Origin: Hydrolagus affinis
Lineage: Eukaryota
Length of the DNA stretch: 64,000 nucleotides
Assembly: GCA_012026655.1 (NCBI GenBank)
Contig: JAAILG010000001.1
Span: 62,001-126,000, forward strand
Direction of reading: 5' to 3'
The notes beneath the pieces were generated by a model. It did not search any database. It saw only the letters and a program-made list of their open reading frames with translations, and had not been told where the DNA came from. The position numbers and the translations under genes are program-made. Shown piece by piece: positions 11,991 to 25,283 of the stretch. Position 1 is the first letter of the stretch; every line of letters begins with the position of its first letter.

Positions 11991-13659
11991 GTTGTCAATG
12001 TTAGCAAAGGAGGGGATAAAAGAGCACGTAATTCATAAAATGAAGATAAATAATCACTTCCCTGAGAATTTACCACAAGCTCAATGAGATATATGAGATA
12101 GGGATGAAAATGTCAACCCAATATATGAACTTGGTGATTCGATCAGGCTGCGTTTGGGTTCAGATTTCAAAGCCAAACTTACTTTCCCCTCTGGGGATAG
12201 CAATGTTTACACTGCTGTCAAGCAATGGCATGGTGGTACACGTCTTTGGCACTTCAGGAGATGCCTAAGTGTTTGTGAGTTCTGATCTTAGTTTTTGCAG
12301 CCAGTAGGAAGTGCAGGCATTTCCTCCAAGGGAGCAAGGGACGTCCACAGCACATTCGCGGAGGCCAGTCTACAAAGTAGATTGTCTGTACTCGCCTCTT
12401 AGGTGAAGTTATGTGACGTGCAGAGATAATAACAGAGAAAATTAGAAATGGTAGAATATTTCAATAAAATAAAACATTTTCCCGGGAAATCTTTTGTTTT
12501 GTTAGAACTACTGATTGTAATTCTGATTTTAGTGTCTATTCTTTCCCTGAACATGGGGTATAAAAAAACGCGTCAGTAGGATTTAATGTGTCTAAGTAGG
12601 ATGGTGACAAGGGCAACCTTTGCCTACATATTTTGACTTTTCTTGTCTTGCATTTTAGTGCAATATATTGATAAAGACTCAATAAAGGAGAACTAAAAAC
12701 TCTAAGTAAATTAAAGGAAATTAACTATTTTCTGTACTTTGTTGCACTTTGCACAAATGACGTTAATCTTTAACTAAAATCTTGCAGTGTTGTCAAATAA
12801 GGAGTGTGCAGGAATCATTCCACTTGTCAGAAATAATTTTTTCCCCAACAAAATCAGGATGCATGAATTCCAAAGAGCAGATTGAACAGGGAAAATGGAA
12901 TCCCAATCAGAAAGGCCTGGATGCTTGTGGCAGTTAGGCATATCACATCATTACCGCAAATGTATGTAACATGTGATAGTGTTCTACCCAGACGCTTGTG
13001 TTCATATGCACTTCTGGCATCAGTCCTCATCTAACACCTGCTTAAGCAGCGAAAACTATTAGGTGTTTTCCTATATAGTTAGAAATGAGCATTTAAGCTT
13101 AACCTAGTTTATAGGCACAGCTGATATCCCGACATCTGTTTTCCCTATTTAGCTCTTTTTGAATTCACCTTTTGTGCAAAATGATTTCCAGCGTAGCTAT
13201 CAACATGCGAACAAAATAAATCGTCTATTTCCAGCAGAATAACATTCTGTTCATTTGTAATGCTGAATGCAGCCTAATCTAGGGAATTTTGATTTAGCAG
13301 TGTGAATGGATGAAACAAAAACTGATAATTAAAATTCCAATCCTCACTTTTAAAATCAATTTACCACTATTTGTTGTAAGTGTTACTGTAGATTATTAGT
13401 ATCAAACCTAGTAGAAACAATAAACAAAGGCAATGGTTTGTAAATAAAGGTTCAAGCACCATAGTAAAATGGAATTAGAAAAACAAAATCACATACCTTG
13501 ATGGCAGTTTTCATTGAACAAACTGCACAATTGGACTTGTTTTTATTTTTACTTTATTGACACCAAGGCCTCCAAGCGATTGAAAAAATCTAACATAAAT
13601 ATTTTAAAATATTCAATGCAGAAGTTTTTTTTTGTAATATGTTTTTGAAACGCTGAAGG

Positions 13660-14290
13660 TTAATGACCTCTAATAAAACCGGCATTGCCTTTGAAAATCA
13701 TAATCATTACCAAGGACAAATTTCCCAACAGCAGAAGCTCATAAGCAATCTGTTTGTTTACAACCGCTTCATAAGTGGTAATTCAATGCAGTCTTCTTTT
13801 GTTGAAAAAAGCTTATCATTTTCAATTCAATAAGCCTCAATACACTGTAGACTCTCTTCTTTCCATCCGGCGATGATGTGAAGGGGTCGCAGGTTCACCT
13901 GTGATTTTGCATGACAGCCTCGCCACACACATCATGTGCTGCCAAATGCGCTGCCATTAATTTATGATTTAAAGTAATTAACTTTTGCTGATTAAAGTAA
14001 TTATTTCAAGTGCATTGCACTCAGGCCCAAATGATGCACACGCAGTCCTCCCCAGTTTTTGCTTGCAGTATGCCAAGTGCTTAAAAACTGCACCAGGGAA
14101 CTCACAGCGACTTCTGTCAGTCTAACAAATATGCCATGTTTATGCCTGATTTGTACTAACTGCTCATTTTAATGCTGTGTTCTGGCAGAACATAGACACA
14201 GTGTGAATCTTCTTACATGCAAACAAGATGAGCATCGGAAACATGTCACTTGGCTGACAGTGAAAACTAAATAAGCAGTTCTTGCCTTCA
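13660..14290. promoter_or_regulatory. Candidate conserved non-coding enhancer
   Basis: Repeat-free, retains CpG. DR2-like GGGTCG-ca-GGTTCA (13884-13897), TTTTGCAT directly overlapping TGACAG (MEIS/TGIF), TTTATGA and repeated TAATTA homeodomain sites. Conservation not tested. Confidence 0.45.
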
Positions 14291-15259
14291 ACCAACGAAA
14301 GGTATTTTAATAATTTTTATTTCATCTTGAACTCCTCATATGCAGGGAATGTGACTTTATGTTAAATATTTTTCACTGACTGTGAAAAAAAAAAGGCTTA
14401 GAAGGAAACAATACCTGGAATATTCTGAGCTGTCAAGTCTACTATTTTATGCATGTTGACCCCAGTCTATTTTTAATTAAGCAATAATGAATGGTAACAT
14501 TAGTGATGAATAATATACATCAGAATTCATTTGTGCATTGAAGCGATGCAGAGCATGCTATTTTATCAATAATACACACTTCTGAAATAATTATTGCTAT
14601 CATATCATGTCTCGATGTGCTCAATGTGATGTATAAAAATATGTTGCAACCTTAAATGCCGAGGTATGTTATGCTTTTGGTAATTAGCAATCCAGTAAAT
14701 GGTAATTAAAGCAACCATGACATTATAACCCAGGTAATATTCATCACTTAGCTAACTACCTCCTGTAAAGCTTAATGGGTGTATTAGTAAGCAGCACAGT
14801 GTTAGAGTAATAACACACCCTCATCTCTATGGGTGAGGCCAGGGCCACATTTAACCTGCACTCATGTGAGATGATTTTGTTGGAACTGTCAGACTAAACT
14901 GACAATTCCGGCTTTGACAGCCAAGCTGGCAGATCTAGGGTCCATGCTGTGGAGGCGCCAACGGTATAACTTGCCTCAACTCCAGCTGTTGGCAGTGGTG
15001 CATTCTGTTGCAGCGTGTGACACAACTGGTTGTATGGGCAAGCGCATTACGAGTCAACTCAAAAAAAAAATTGGCTGAACCACCTTTTTAGAAAAAAAAG
15101 ATGGAACAATCTTCTCAGAAAGTGGCGAGACTTCACTTCTGATTGACTTCAGCCCAAGAGACATTAGAGATATAAAACATTTTAAATGGGGTTGGAAAAG
15201 GTAAAGCCAGAAGAATGCTTTCACATGAATCGAGGCAGCAGAACAAGCGAACATGGGTT

Positions 15260-15420
15260 TAGAGTTGCAAAAGAAATTTCAGAACAGTCATTAGGAAGTA
15301 GTTCTGGTGGTTGGGGCCATGACAATGGATTCACTTTTTTTTTTTAAAAATGATCGGGTATTTTGGAAGGATGAGGTCAAATGGGATGAAGGCCCTTCTA
15401 CATCTGAACTGATCTCGTGA
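15260..15420 (+). mobile_element. CR1-type 3' terminus remnant
   Basis: ..GATGAAGGCCCTTCTACATCTGAACTGATCTCGTGA; the same terminus recurs at 27935-27990 and 42340-42387. Confidence 0.45.
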
Positions 15421-17705
15421 AGTTCCTGCAACATTGCATTTGAATACATTTTAATTACTTTTCACGATAGGCCACAGACTATGTAGAGGATAAAAAGGTG
15501 AAGGCATTATTGACTTTGACTATTGCATTTAAAGTGCAGTTCTGTGTTCGCTCCTTAAAAAGAATTGGAAGTAGAGCTTTGTAAATAATATATACTTGAA
15601 TGATGGTGGATTGATCACCACCATCAGTCATAACAGTCACAAGATACAGTCATAATCTGAGGGCATACAGGATAGAAGATTTCTTGTAAAATCTTCAAAT
15701 GCAAGTTTTGTTTCATTTTGGGGACATGCTAAAAGCCATACAAGACAGAAACCTATAAATATTTTTAAAGCCTTGAGCTCTGATCTTGATGTTTTATACT
15801 TTGGGTATGGAGGAGAATAGGTGAATTCTGCCATCTTTAAGGTATATAATGATTTTAAGGAAGATTTTCCTCCATTACCTCTAGTGTCAACATCAAACAT
15901 TCTGTGAACATCCATAACAGCATGAACTAAATGTATTTCAGAGCTCTTGATCAATCGCTCAAACAGTATTTCTTATTGCCAATGTGCATTGCCCCCTGCA
16001 CTATACGCACAACAACATTTCCTACATCAATCACAACCTTTCTGAATAAAACTTCTCAACACTGTCTGGGTTATATTTGAACTCAGGTCCAAGAGGCATT
16101 CTAATCCACTTCTTCACCTAGTACTGAACTTTAAGTGGGATTATCTGTTGAGGATACATAACAATGTACAGTTGATCTGGACCCAGTAGACATAGAATTA
16201 CTTTAATCCTGTTTACAGTTTTGGATTAACCTTTCAAAATAGGTGCTGATTTGGGTTCTCCAGCAGTGAGATATTTGACTCCTGAGTCCACTGAGGATGG
16301 TAGATGGAAATACCATACCATAGCATATAAATCTTTATAGCGTTAACTCTGCTTCTTTCACTAATCGTAGCGAATCTTTCAATGTGGGTTTATAATGAGA
16401 TTTCCCGTTATAAGAATACTTCAAAAGATTCACTGAACTTTGTGTATGGAGCAGAATAATCCTCTTTGAGTGGAACAAGGGCAATTGCCATGCTGCCTCA
16501 GTTCTGACAAAAAGCGACACAACGTATTGTGCTCACAGTCCGCAAAGATCTTGGACAACGCTTCTGAAAATGGACGTAGATTTGACTAGATGCTGAAGTG
16601 ATGTGGAATTAGCTATTGTAAATAAGAACTTCATCCTGACTTATTCGAACCCTAATTTTAAAAGCAGGGTCTTCATCACTCCCTTCAGGTATTACATACA
16701 ATTTGAGCTCTTCATGGCGCGTGGAGAGATGTGTTTCTACACCAGGGAAAACTGTGTGGGGGCATTTCTCTCCTTCGATGAGAGTATTTGATATTCCGCA
16801 ATCACTCTTAAAAATGCATGTTCCCTTCATCCCTGCTTTAGGGGTGTTAGTGAATCGATACTGTACTAGCTTCAGCAGAAAATCTCGGTGGGAGGCTGTC
16901 TCTGGTAATATTGTCCTCAGGAACTGAAAAAAATATTTCTTGTTGTTTTGCTTTGTGGGGTTTTGAACTTCTAGCATAAAGGTTCAGAAGTGAGGCAGAT
17001 CTATGCAACTGAACAGAATTTGAGGCTCATCTTCATGCAATTCTCTTCTGTTGCTAACTGCTTAAATTAAAGGCTAGGCTGCCCATCCATCTGGATTGCT
17101 CTCAACAACATATTTGTCCTTTATGTTTGATTCATTTTAACATTGAAATATTCACAGTGCATAAACAACCCGGAATATATTGGCTCCTTAGCTTCTCCTT
17201 TCCCTTCCCATAGGTGAATCCATCATACTTGATTTGCTTGGACTCTTTTTCTGATGACCACACATTTGTGATGCTTAAATGTTAATCTCCAGAAGTGTCT
17301 ACTTCATAATTTGTACTTGTAGGGATTTTCTCTCTCTGTGTATCACTACTTGTAAAAAAAAATTGCACTAAAATTTTATTAGTGGAAAACAAAGTAAAAA
17401 AATCTACTGGAACAGATTGTTTGTTTCTTATGGGCTGATTATGTCTGAGGTATAATTCGCAATGTAGTCCATACCCTGCACAGGGACTGAAGTTATTAAC
17501 TTTGAATCTTGACATTTATTATTTCAGAGGTTGCAATCAATATTTTGTGAAAAACCATTTTAATAAACGTAACATTTTCCATTGTGATATTTAGAATTGT
17601 TAAGCCCGTGAAACTGGCTTATTGGGCAATAAGATTGCATGTTTACTTGTCTCAGAGCAAGAACAAATTGTGTTAAATGGTCAGTATCTCTGCACTGCAT
17701 CTTAC

Positions 17706-17908
17706 CTTGGCTGGAGTTTAAGACTTCCGGTCTGGTCTTCAAGAAAAGGTTTACACTGTTTCTGTCAAAATTCAGTTTAACTAATTCAGTTTGATAATTT
17801 TTCCAGGTCTATGAATATGGATGCCATCTGCTTCTTGTACCAATACTGTCATTTGTTGGGACAGAACTGATTTTGAATACTTTGAGCTCCATGACAAGGC
17901 TCGGGTGC
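17706..17908 (-). other. Candidate 203-nt exon containing a 27-aa sORF (MELKVFKISSVPTNDSIGTRSRWHPYS)
   Basis: Acceptor CTCCCGTTTAG ends at 17909; strong donor CAAG|GTAAGA at 17705; ATG at 17892 in gtcATGG context, TAG at 17811-17809. All three frames close within the exon. Confidence 0.35.
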
Positions 17909-18239
17909 CTAAACGGGAGTTTGTAAGCTTCATTGTTCATCATATTAATATAAAATGACTGCTTAGGCCAACAAAGAGAACTTGTCTCTTTGATGAAGTA
18001 CCCCAGTTTGAGAAGGGTAAAATGGTTCTATTATCAGAGGGTGTTCATTCCAAGGATATACTCCAAGAATCTCAAAATCTATATTTAATAATTCCTCCAC
18101 TTAGCATCCAGTTGCAGAAATTAGCTATTGTTATTTTATTGTTGCCCACGGAAGTTTGAAAGGTGAAAATGACTAAAAGACAGCTGAGGGACCACAGCAC
18201 CTTATCGGTAAACTGTAAACAGTAAACTGATAAACTCTA

Positions 18240-18480
18240 CCATATAGTGCCAGGCTACGGGTTCTAACCCCAATTATTCTCCACATGGTGAGACATCAGC
18301 TGGGGCCATCTGATGAGGCACCGAGCAGAGACAAACTGCAGCCCCCAGGGAGGTGGAAGTCGGATGCTGAGTTAACCTGCATTGCTCTCACACCTCCTGC
18401 CAACTGGTTAAGAGTGGCATTGGCAGAGGAGTCAGAGCAGCCTGCTTCCTCATCTACACAGCAGAGGAGTGTTGCAGAGG
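18240..18480 (+). mobile_element. Old tRNA-headed SINE relic, possible LF-SINE affinity
   Basis: B-box-like GGGTTCTAACCCC near 18258-18272, then a GC-richer body ..GGTTAAGAGTGGCATTGGCAGAGGAGTCAGAGCAGCCTGC.. loosely like the recalled LF-SINE 3' half. Confidence 0.3.
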
Positions 18481-19476
18481 TGGGGCGGACGGAGGTGGTG
18501 GTGGTGGGGAGGTGGTTATCTTATTTGATGCTCGTAAAAAAATCAGGTGGACGATATATCAATAATACCTTGTAAAACTATGTAGTGATCAAAAAGTTGT
18601 GATACCATTACAATGTTTAATAGGTCTTTAGGAAATTATGTTTTTTTTAAGTTAATAGGGTATAGGGTAGCTGAAAAATAAGACTTTTTGGTCACCCTGT
18701 AAAACAAATGGCCATTTTATTGAAAGGTCTATTCACAATGGAAATAAGAGGTGGATTGTGATGTGCTCACAATACTTTGTGTAGTCGTTGTGTACTGTGC
18801 CCTTTGTTTTTTTTTTACATGCCTAATAATTGGACACTGAGTAACCTAGAAACTACCCTTAGAAATTTAGGTCTGTCAAATGTAGACCAAAATAGCACAT
18901 GCAAAATTAAGAGATGCAAATTAACCCTCTGGGTAGCTTTTTAGAAAGCAGGTAAAAAGGGTATAACAGCAAAATATGCATAATTACAGCACAGTCTGAA
19001 TATGCAAGATATTTAGTTGCTATCTCTGGTGAAGAATTTAAGTTTCTAAAACTAATGAATTCTAAGTGTCTTTTATACGGCCCTGGCCTACATTCTGTGA
19101 GTAATATTAGGTGCACTTTGTAGTCAACAAGCAGATCTGCTACATATAAAATATTATCAACGATCTTGTCAACCTGAGCCCTAACCTCCTTTGTTATTTT
19201 CATCTGTTCTCCCCTCAGATGTCTCTCCTAGTGCCCATACCCCCTGAAGACTAGCAACAGGATGTCATACACCTGTTTTGCTTAAGGCTGGGACTTCAAA
19301 CCCTTTGTGATAGTGTAGGCATTGGCTCACACGCTGCCTTGCTCAACGTATATGTCAAAATGTCAGATGATAGTTGTTGTATCTGCAGCTGTTGCATAAG
19401 AACAGTGCCAGGGGCACAACGTTCCTGTGGTGAGCTTTAATTTGCTTTCCCCTCCCAGAAGAGCTTCCTCCCTCAC

Positions 19477-19522
19477 CTTGCTGCTGTCTCTGCAGCTGTA
19501 GAGGAACGCAGTCTACAAGCAG
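19477..19522 (-). other. Candidate 46-nt exon
   Basis: Acceptor CACACCCCTATCCCAG; strong donor AAG|GTGAGG at 19476. Confidence 0.3.
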
Positions 19523-19737
19523 CTGGGATAGGGGTGTGTGCAGAACCTTTTACACAATACACACTTAAGGTAAGGGGATGGGGTGGGGGGGGGAACACAG
19601 CAATTCCTATTCACGAAACATAAACTGACATCTGCCACTTCTATTTTAATTCCTTTTTATGAAAACATTTGCTGCAAAAAAAACCAACAAATTGCTCACT
19701 TAGCTTAACAAGAAGTACAATTTCATCCATTTTGTAC

Positions 19738-19821
19738 CTTCCAGAAAGCCTGGAGTATAGCTGCATATTTGAAGTGCTGGCACACATGCCTCAATTCCTA
19801 GCTGCTGCCTCTCACACACAG
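19738..19821 (-). other. Candidate 84-nt exon (phase 1-1)
   Basis: Acceptor GCCTTTTATCAG; weak donor AAG|GTACAA; open frame VCERQQLGIEACVPALQICSYTPGFLE. Confidence 0.2.
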
Positions 19822-22800
19822 CTGATAAAAGGCTGGAATTATTCGCTGTGCTCCAAAATTAATTCATTCCAAGGTTTTCCCCCAACACCTAACAAAGCGA
19901 GCAGGTTTTTTTTTAGCATTAAGAAAACGTGATCTACGGGAAGTAGCAAAAATAAAATAAAAATAATGCAATGAGGCTTTTTTCCCTCTCTGGTTTATAT
20001 TAATTGCAAATGTATGTGCAAGGCACGAATAGGTAAAAAAAAAACCAATATGACCCAATACTTTGACTTTTGATGTTTGTAATGATTTTTAAAAAATTCT
20101 GTCGAGATCCACATTAAATTGTATGCTAACTACATCTCTTGAGTTTATATTTTGCAGCTTATCGTTTTGCTCCCTCTCCCATAGTTATTCCTTCAGTTAG
20201 GACAATTGGATGCTTCTCAATGCAGCCTGGTCATCAATGTCCAATACCTTATACCTTTTGTTAAAAAAAATACAAATTGTTGTTGTTGATCACTAAGAGG
20301 TATGCTTCTGTGGGACAATGTTGGATGCCACTATCCTTTCCCATTCCTTCCCAATGGAACATTACAGTGCTGCATAGTGCTGCACAGTGCTCCAGCTTGT
20401 GTCCAGTGAACACCTTGCAGATCTCATCCAGTAAGAGCAAGTGAGTTCAAATATCAGCACAGCTTGGGACTCCCAACCCTGGTTGGCGGTCTGACACACA
20501 TTCTCTTACGCAAAGTATTTTTGACACTCTAAATGGTAATAATATTTTATTAATATAGCTTTACAACTGGTGGTAGGCATGTATTCTTGAAGAGAACAGC
20601 TGGAAATCTGATTATTTGGGACATCTCTGTTCCACATTCAGTTTGTTCATTTTGAATTCAGAAACATGTTCTTGTCCTGCTTGATGCAGTTTATCAATCT
20701 TCAAAGATCAGGCGGGGCGTCACTATTACTATGGAGTGATTCAAAATAAGCACATCAGAAAATTCAGTAGTCTCCCTTTTAGTTTAAACTATGACACGTT
20801 TTATGATAGGATTGTGTTAACTACTGCTGATACAAAGAGCACTTACATTCTTCCTTTCCTCCTCCTCCTACCTACTTCTTCCGAGTCTCTGCACAATACA
20901 TGGTCCTCAGCCAAGAGGACAGGATGTTCCTCTGGCCCTGAGCTCCACCAATGGCACTTTATTACTGTCCAATGTTCAGGGGGTTGCCAGCTCTCAGCAT
21001 GACTCTAGATGGAACACTGCGTGCGTTTTGTCTCCATCCCTGTGAAGAAACCAATGGCCTATGCTCACTATCCTCTCCATCCCCCCACACCTCGACCCAT
21101 CTCTCCACTCTCCTGATAGTATGGCTAGGATCTTGAAATGCATTGTAAGTAAACCCTACAGATGTAAACCCATGTTCCAGCAATCCATAGCACAGTCAGT
21201 TGATGCTTCAACTTGTCATACCACTGAGCTACCTAAATGGAACTTTCATTCTTCAACAAAATAGCACTTCAAGCTCTGTAGTGAGTTACATCAAGAGAAA
21301 TTAAATGGTTTAATGAAACATATTCTGTTCCTAACATATAATCACAGGATCATTCTAATGGTATATACTGTACATTTACTCTAAGTTATTTGCAATCGCT
21401 TCATTCTTTATTGTTTTCAGCTTTGCAACTGTAAATGAAATGTTTCCTTCCAACTCCACTTCTTGGTTAGATATTTTAAATAAGTACATAAATAAGAAAA
21501 AACAAAAATTCCTCCAAAAGCATTTACAGCTGCTGGAATTAACATTTAGCATACCGTTTATTTTGCATTTGAATTGTGAGTCTTGCTTTGCTGCTTTACA
21601 ATATAACGCAATAAAATACAAAATTAACATTTATATACTGCCTTTCACATCGGAAGGACTTCCCAAGGCGCCTAACTTAAAAATAGTCACCAAACCCCTA
21701 TATAAATAGCTGTAGGATAATTTCCCTCACAAATCCACTATTCTGTTTTATCAGTTTAGAACTGATTCATTCGAATTTGTATTATAGCATTTCAGTTAAA
21801 ACATGAATGTTCACTCTGCATCCCATCGAACTGCTCCCTGTACAACAGAGTATTTCTTTAATAATTTAGAATTGGCTGAACCCTCCACTAACTGGAGGTG
21901 AGAGAGGGTAATGTACCATGAACAAAGTACTCCCCTTCCCAGCTTGCATGAGGCACAAGGAAATATACACTATTTACTTATTATCATTGCAGTTTGGATT
22001 AGAAACGCAGCTGAACTTTCACTGGAGCGGATGTCAATAGACAATAGATGTAGAAAATGAATATTATTGTAAAATACGGTATATTATTTTCAATAAAGCT
22101 GCCCCTTTGTGCCATGTAGACTGCGTGTCTAATGTGCCTTTACATTTAATAAAAAAAATTCACCTGACCTGAAGCCACACATCAAAAATCAGTGACTGTA
22201 ATAGTGGTGGCTAGTAATGCAAACATTGAGAGGCAATTAAGCTAACTACCTCATAGTCTCTTCTTTAAAGACTATTAAAGTCAATTTTTATTCACAAAAT
22301 AAAAACTTGAATATTTATGAACGGGATGGGGCGGGGGGGAGGGGAGGGAAATTGGGGGCGGTGGGTGGGGGGAGAGTGGAATTCACACACATCTCATCCC
22401 TACAGGTAAATTGGGTCAAATCAGGATTTATTTCAAACTGTTCCTGAAAGTGGCTAACCTTACATTGAGGTCACAGTGCAGTGCGGCCAGTCTTGGGATG
22501 TGTGTATGCCACTGTAGTTGCTGAAAAAGAACATAGCAATTTTTCGAAAGAAAAATGAAATTCAAGTGAAAATAATATTTGTTTAACCGAATTGACTGGC
22601 ATTCTAAAAATGTGTGTACATTTGAAGATAAAAAGAAAAGATTTGATTGGTGCTTATCCATGTTGTGTTTTAATTGCTCAAGTTGGAAAGGTCAACAATG
22701 AAAAAGAATGGAGATTTATAATTATTATAAATATGAAATTGAAGTGTATTAGGGGCTTCAATTCAATAGTCAGGATCGCATGGCTGCATAAGCCACACAG

Positions 22801-23384
22801 CTTATGGTTTTCCAGTTTATAATGTCATCAGAACTCAGACGAGTTGCAGCTCAGTTCCACATTCTCCAAATAATTAAACACGTAATCTCGTCTATTGTTT
22901 CCATGTAATTACTTCAGTGCAACGTGTATACTCATTCTATTTATTCTGGGATGTCTTCCTTTAATTTAATGTTTGTTCAGTTTTTTTTAAAAAAAAATTA
23001 CTTTTTTCCTCCACCCACCGAAAATGCTTTTAAAAGTACTGCTACACTTACAAAGCTGCTTGAATTGTCATGCAACCCATTATTTGAGATTGATCAAATT
23101 TCATTTGATATCAAAGATTGCTGCATTTATCACCTCAAAAGACTGGGAATCTTCCAGCTTTGAAAACACCTAAAATGTTGTTCATCCCATTGCAGAAGCA
23201 GAATTTTTATTTATTTATGTGTTGTGGAATCATGATATCAAATAGAAAAATGCAGACATAGCAACACAAATAAGCACTGGATTCACAAAAATAGTCATGA
23301 AGGTTCTGAAATACCTTTGCTAGATGCTAATGCTAAAAAGGGCCAAAAATTGTTTTTAAATTGTTTTTGAATTAATAAAAATAT

Positions 23385-23510
23385 ATTTACAGTGAATTGA
23401 CAGTATATTTGTGGGAGAAACGCGGCAGCCAATTGTGCACAGCAATGTTCCACAAACAGTTGTGGATTGAAATAATTATTGTTTATTTATGAGGAGTTAT
23501 TATTAGGCAT
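23385..23510 (-). mobile_element. SINE internal fragment (Deu 3' segment)
   Basis: GTGAATTGACAGTATATTTGTGGGAGAAACGCGGCAGCCAATTGTGCACAGCAATGTTCCACAAACAGTTGTGGATTGAAAT; close match to 44978-45060. Confidence 0.85.
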
Positions 23511-23959
23511 GTATATTTGTGAGTGAAAAAAAATCCTTTCACCAAAATAATCTGTGGATACAATTCTCAGAGTGGTATAAGGACATATGATATACTTTCT
23601 TTTTTTTTATTAAAGTACACTGTGGGGAAGATTTACTCTATTTCCCTTGTGTAGATTTACTCATTTTCTTAAGATTCAGAGCATCTGGAATTTGAAAACA
23701 GATTCACTTCAGCATTATCTCTAACTTGGTTTTCTATAGTTCTTTAAAAGAATTTAGAGAAAACTACATCGGTAGCAATAGCACAATTCTAGGTCCAGAA
23801 AGAGAAAGTGGCTGTTTCATCCTTTGCTGTAATATAGAAAATGGGGGCGAGAACAAAATAAAATGCTATTGAATATTTTGCCCCTTTGTTTTCCAGTTTG
23901 ACCCTTGCTCACTTGGTATTTTTTTAAAAAAAATTCTCTCTCCTGGATTTTCTTTGTGA

Positions 23960-24025
23960 GTTTTAAAACATTCCGGGATGCTAGCCTGTTTGAAGGGCAC
24001 TATATAAATGCAAGTTGTTGTTCTT
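23960..24025 (+). mobile_element. L2-type 3' tail with (TTG)n
   Basis: GGGATGCTAGCCTGTTTGAAGGGCACTATATAAATGCAAGTTGTTGTT; same tail as the one ending the L2 at 41130-41185. Confidence 0.7.
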
Positions 24026-25269
24026 TATCTTTCTGTTGTGAAAGCAATGACTCCCTAGCTAGGGTACAGCTCTTTGAGTGTCAGATGTAGGTCTGAATAC
24101 AATATCAGCAGAGAAGATTCTGAACAAAAAAAAAGCCTGCTGGAAACTGTCGCTTGTAGCAGCTTTTGTATTTTTAACCGTCTCATTATAATTCCTGTTA
24201 GGGGTGATCAAATCACCCCCAACTGCATCAAGCATTCATATCAGGAACAAATAGTTACTGAGCAGTTTTCAGGAGAAGGTCAGATTACAAATAGTCTTTG
24301 TTGACAATAGTTATTTCCAAATGCAGCCAAAATGTACGAGCATATATGACAATCCAGGGGACCATTAATCTACATTATCACTTTCTTTTTCCTGTGTACA
24401 AATACTATTGTTATACGCAAGTAGTGATTTAGACGATTCACGTGAACATAACCTGAGTTATATTTACTAATTAACCGAGTAGTGAGCTAAGGATAGCCAC
24501 AAAACATATTTGTAGCAGTCAGTGCTGGAATAAAAGCTTTTCAGCAAATGAAGGGTCTCAACAAATTGGTTAATATTGCTCCTTTACTAATATTCAGCAG
24601 TAATTTGTGTGCAGTGGTTTCTATTTCTATTTGTTAAATTGGAAAGATGTGGATTTCAATAGCTCACAGCATTAATTTTACATTTGTAGTATTGATTATA
24701 AGTCAACGCATCAGCGTCTCCCTATTGCAGTGCTCCTTTTCATATCACATGATCCATTCCAAAGCATTGGAGAGCACTCAGTCTTTGACTATTCTCAGGA
24801 GTCTGCTTGTGATGGGGCAAGAACAAGCCACTGCTACCAATTTCTCAAAACAATCTGATATTGTAACATACTAGTGGGAATGGTTCTGCATTTCTGTGTC
24901 AGTTTTCAACCAACGTTTGGCGTTCGCACTTTGATGCAAAACCAAACAACGTAAATGCTTTAAGAATCCAGGAAAGGGTGTCCTTTCTGCTGAGATTACC
25001 AGAACTCTTGACTCTAAACTCAATCATGTTAAGTACAGGTAAATAACAGAGATGAAGGTTCATATATGACAGATCCCTCAAAGGGATATCACAGGCAGAG
25101 ATTACAAAGTGTCTCCTGCTGATTTCCCTGTTATACATTAATACCTGCACTAAAACTGCAAATCTATCACCGTTTATCAATAACAATGCATTTGGTGAAT
25201 GTTAAAATGGTTGCTCACAGATCTTTTTATTAGTTTTAATTTCCATATCATCTCTGTACTGATGACACA

Positions 25270-25283
25270 GTTGCTATGGTAAC
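25270..25283. promoter_or_regulatory. RFX X-box motif
   Basis: GTTGCTATGGTAAC fits the X-box consensus GTNRCY-AT-RGYAAC; a further GTTGCTA half-site follows at about 25292. Confidence 0.45.

Noticed and set aside
13870-13915. C/D box snoRNA
   Set aside because: ATGATG is not a proper RUGAUGA C box, and no terminal stem with a CTGA D box was seen.
15601-15626. 9-bp inverted repeat TGATGGTGG/CCACCATCA
   Set aside because: Real but short; no TSD, no second copy noticed, and no pre-miRNA-length stem.
18310-18345. Other CTGATGA hits as hammerheads (also 7334, 17251, 48387, 49330)
   Set aside because: No stem II followed by GAAA and NUH in the right spacing.
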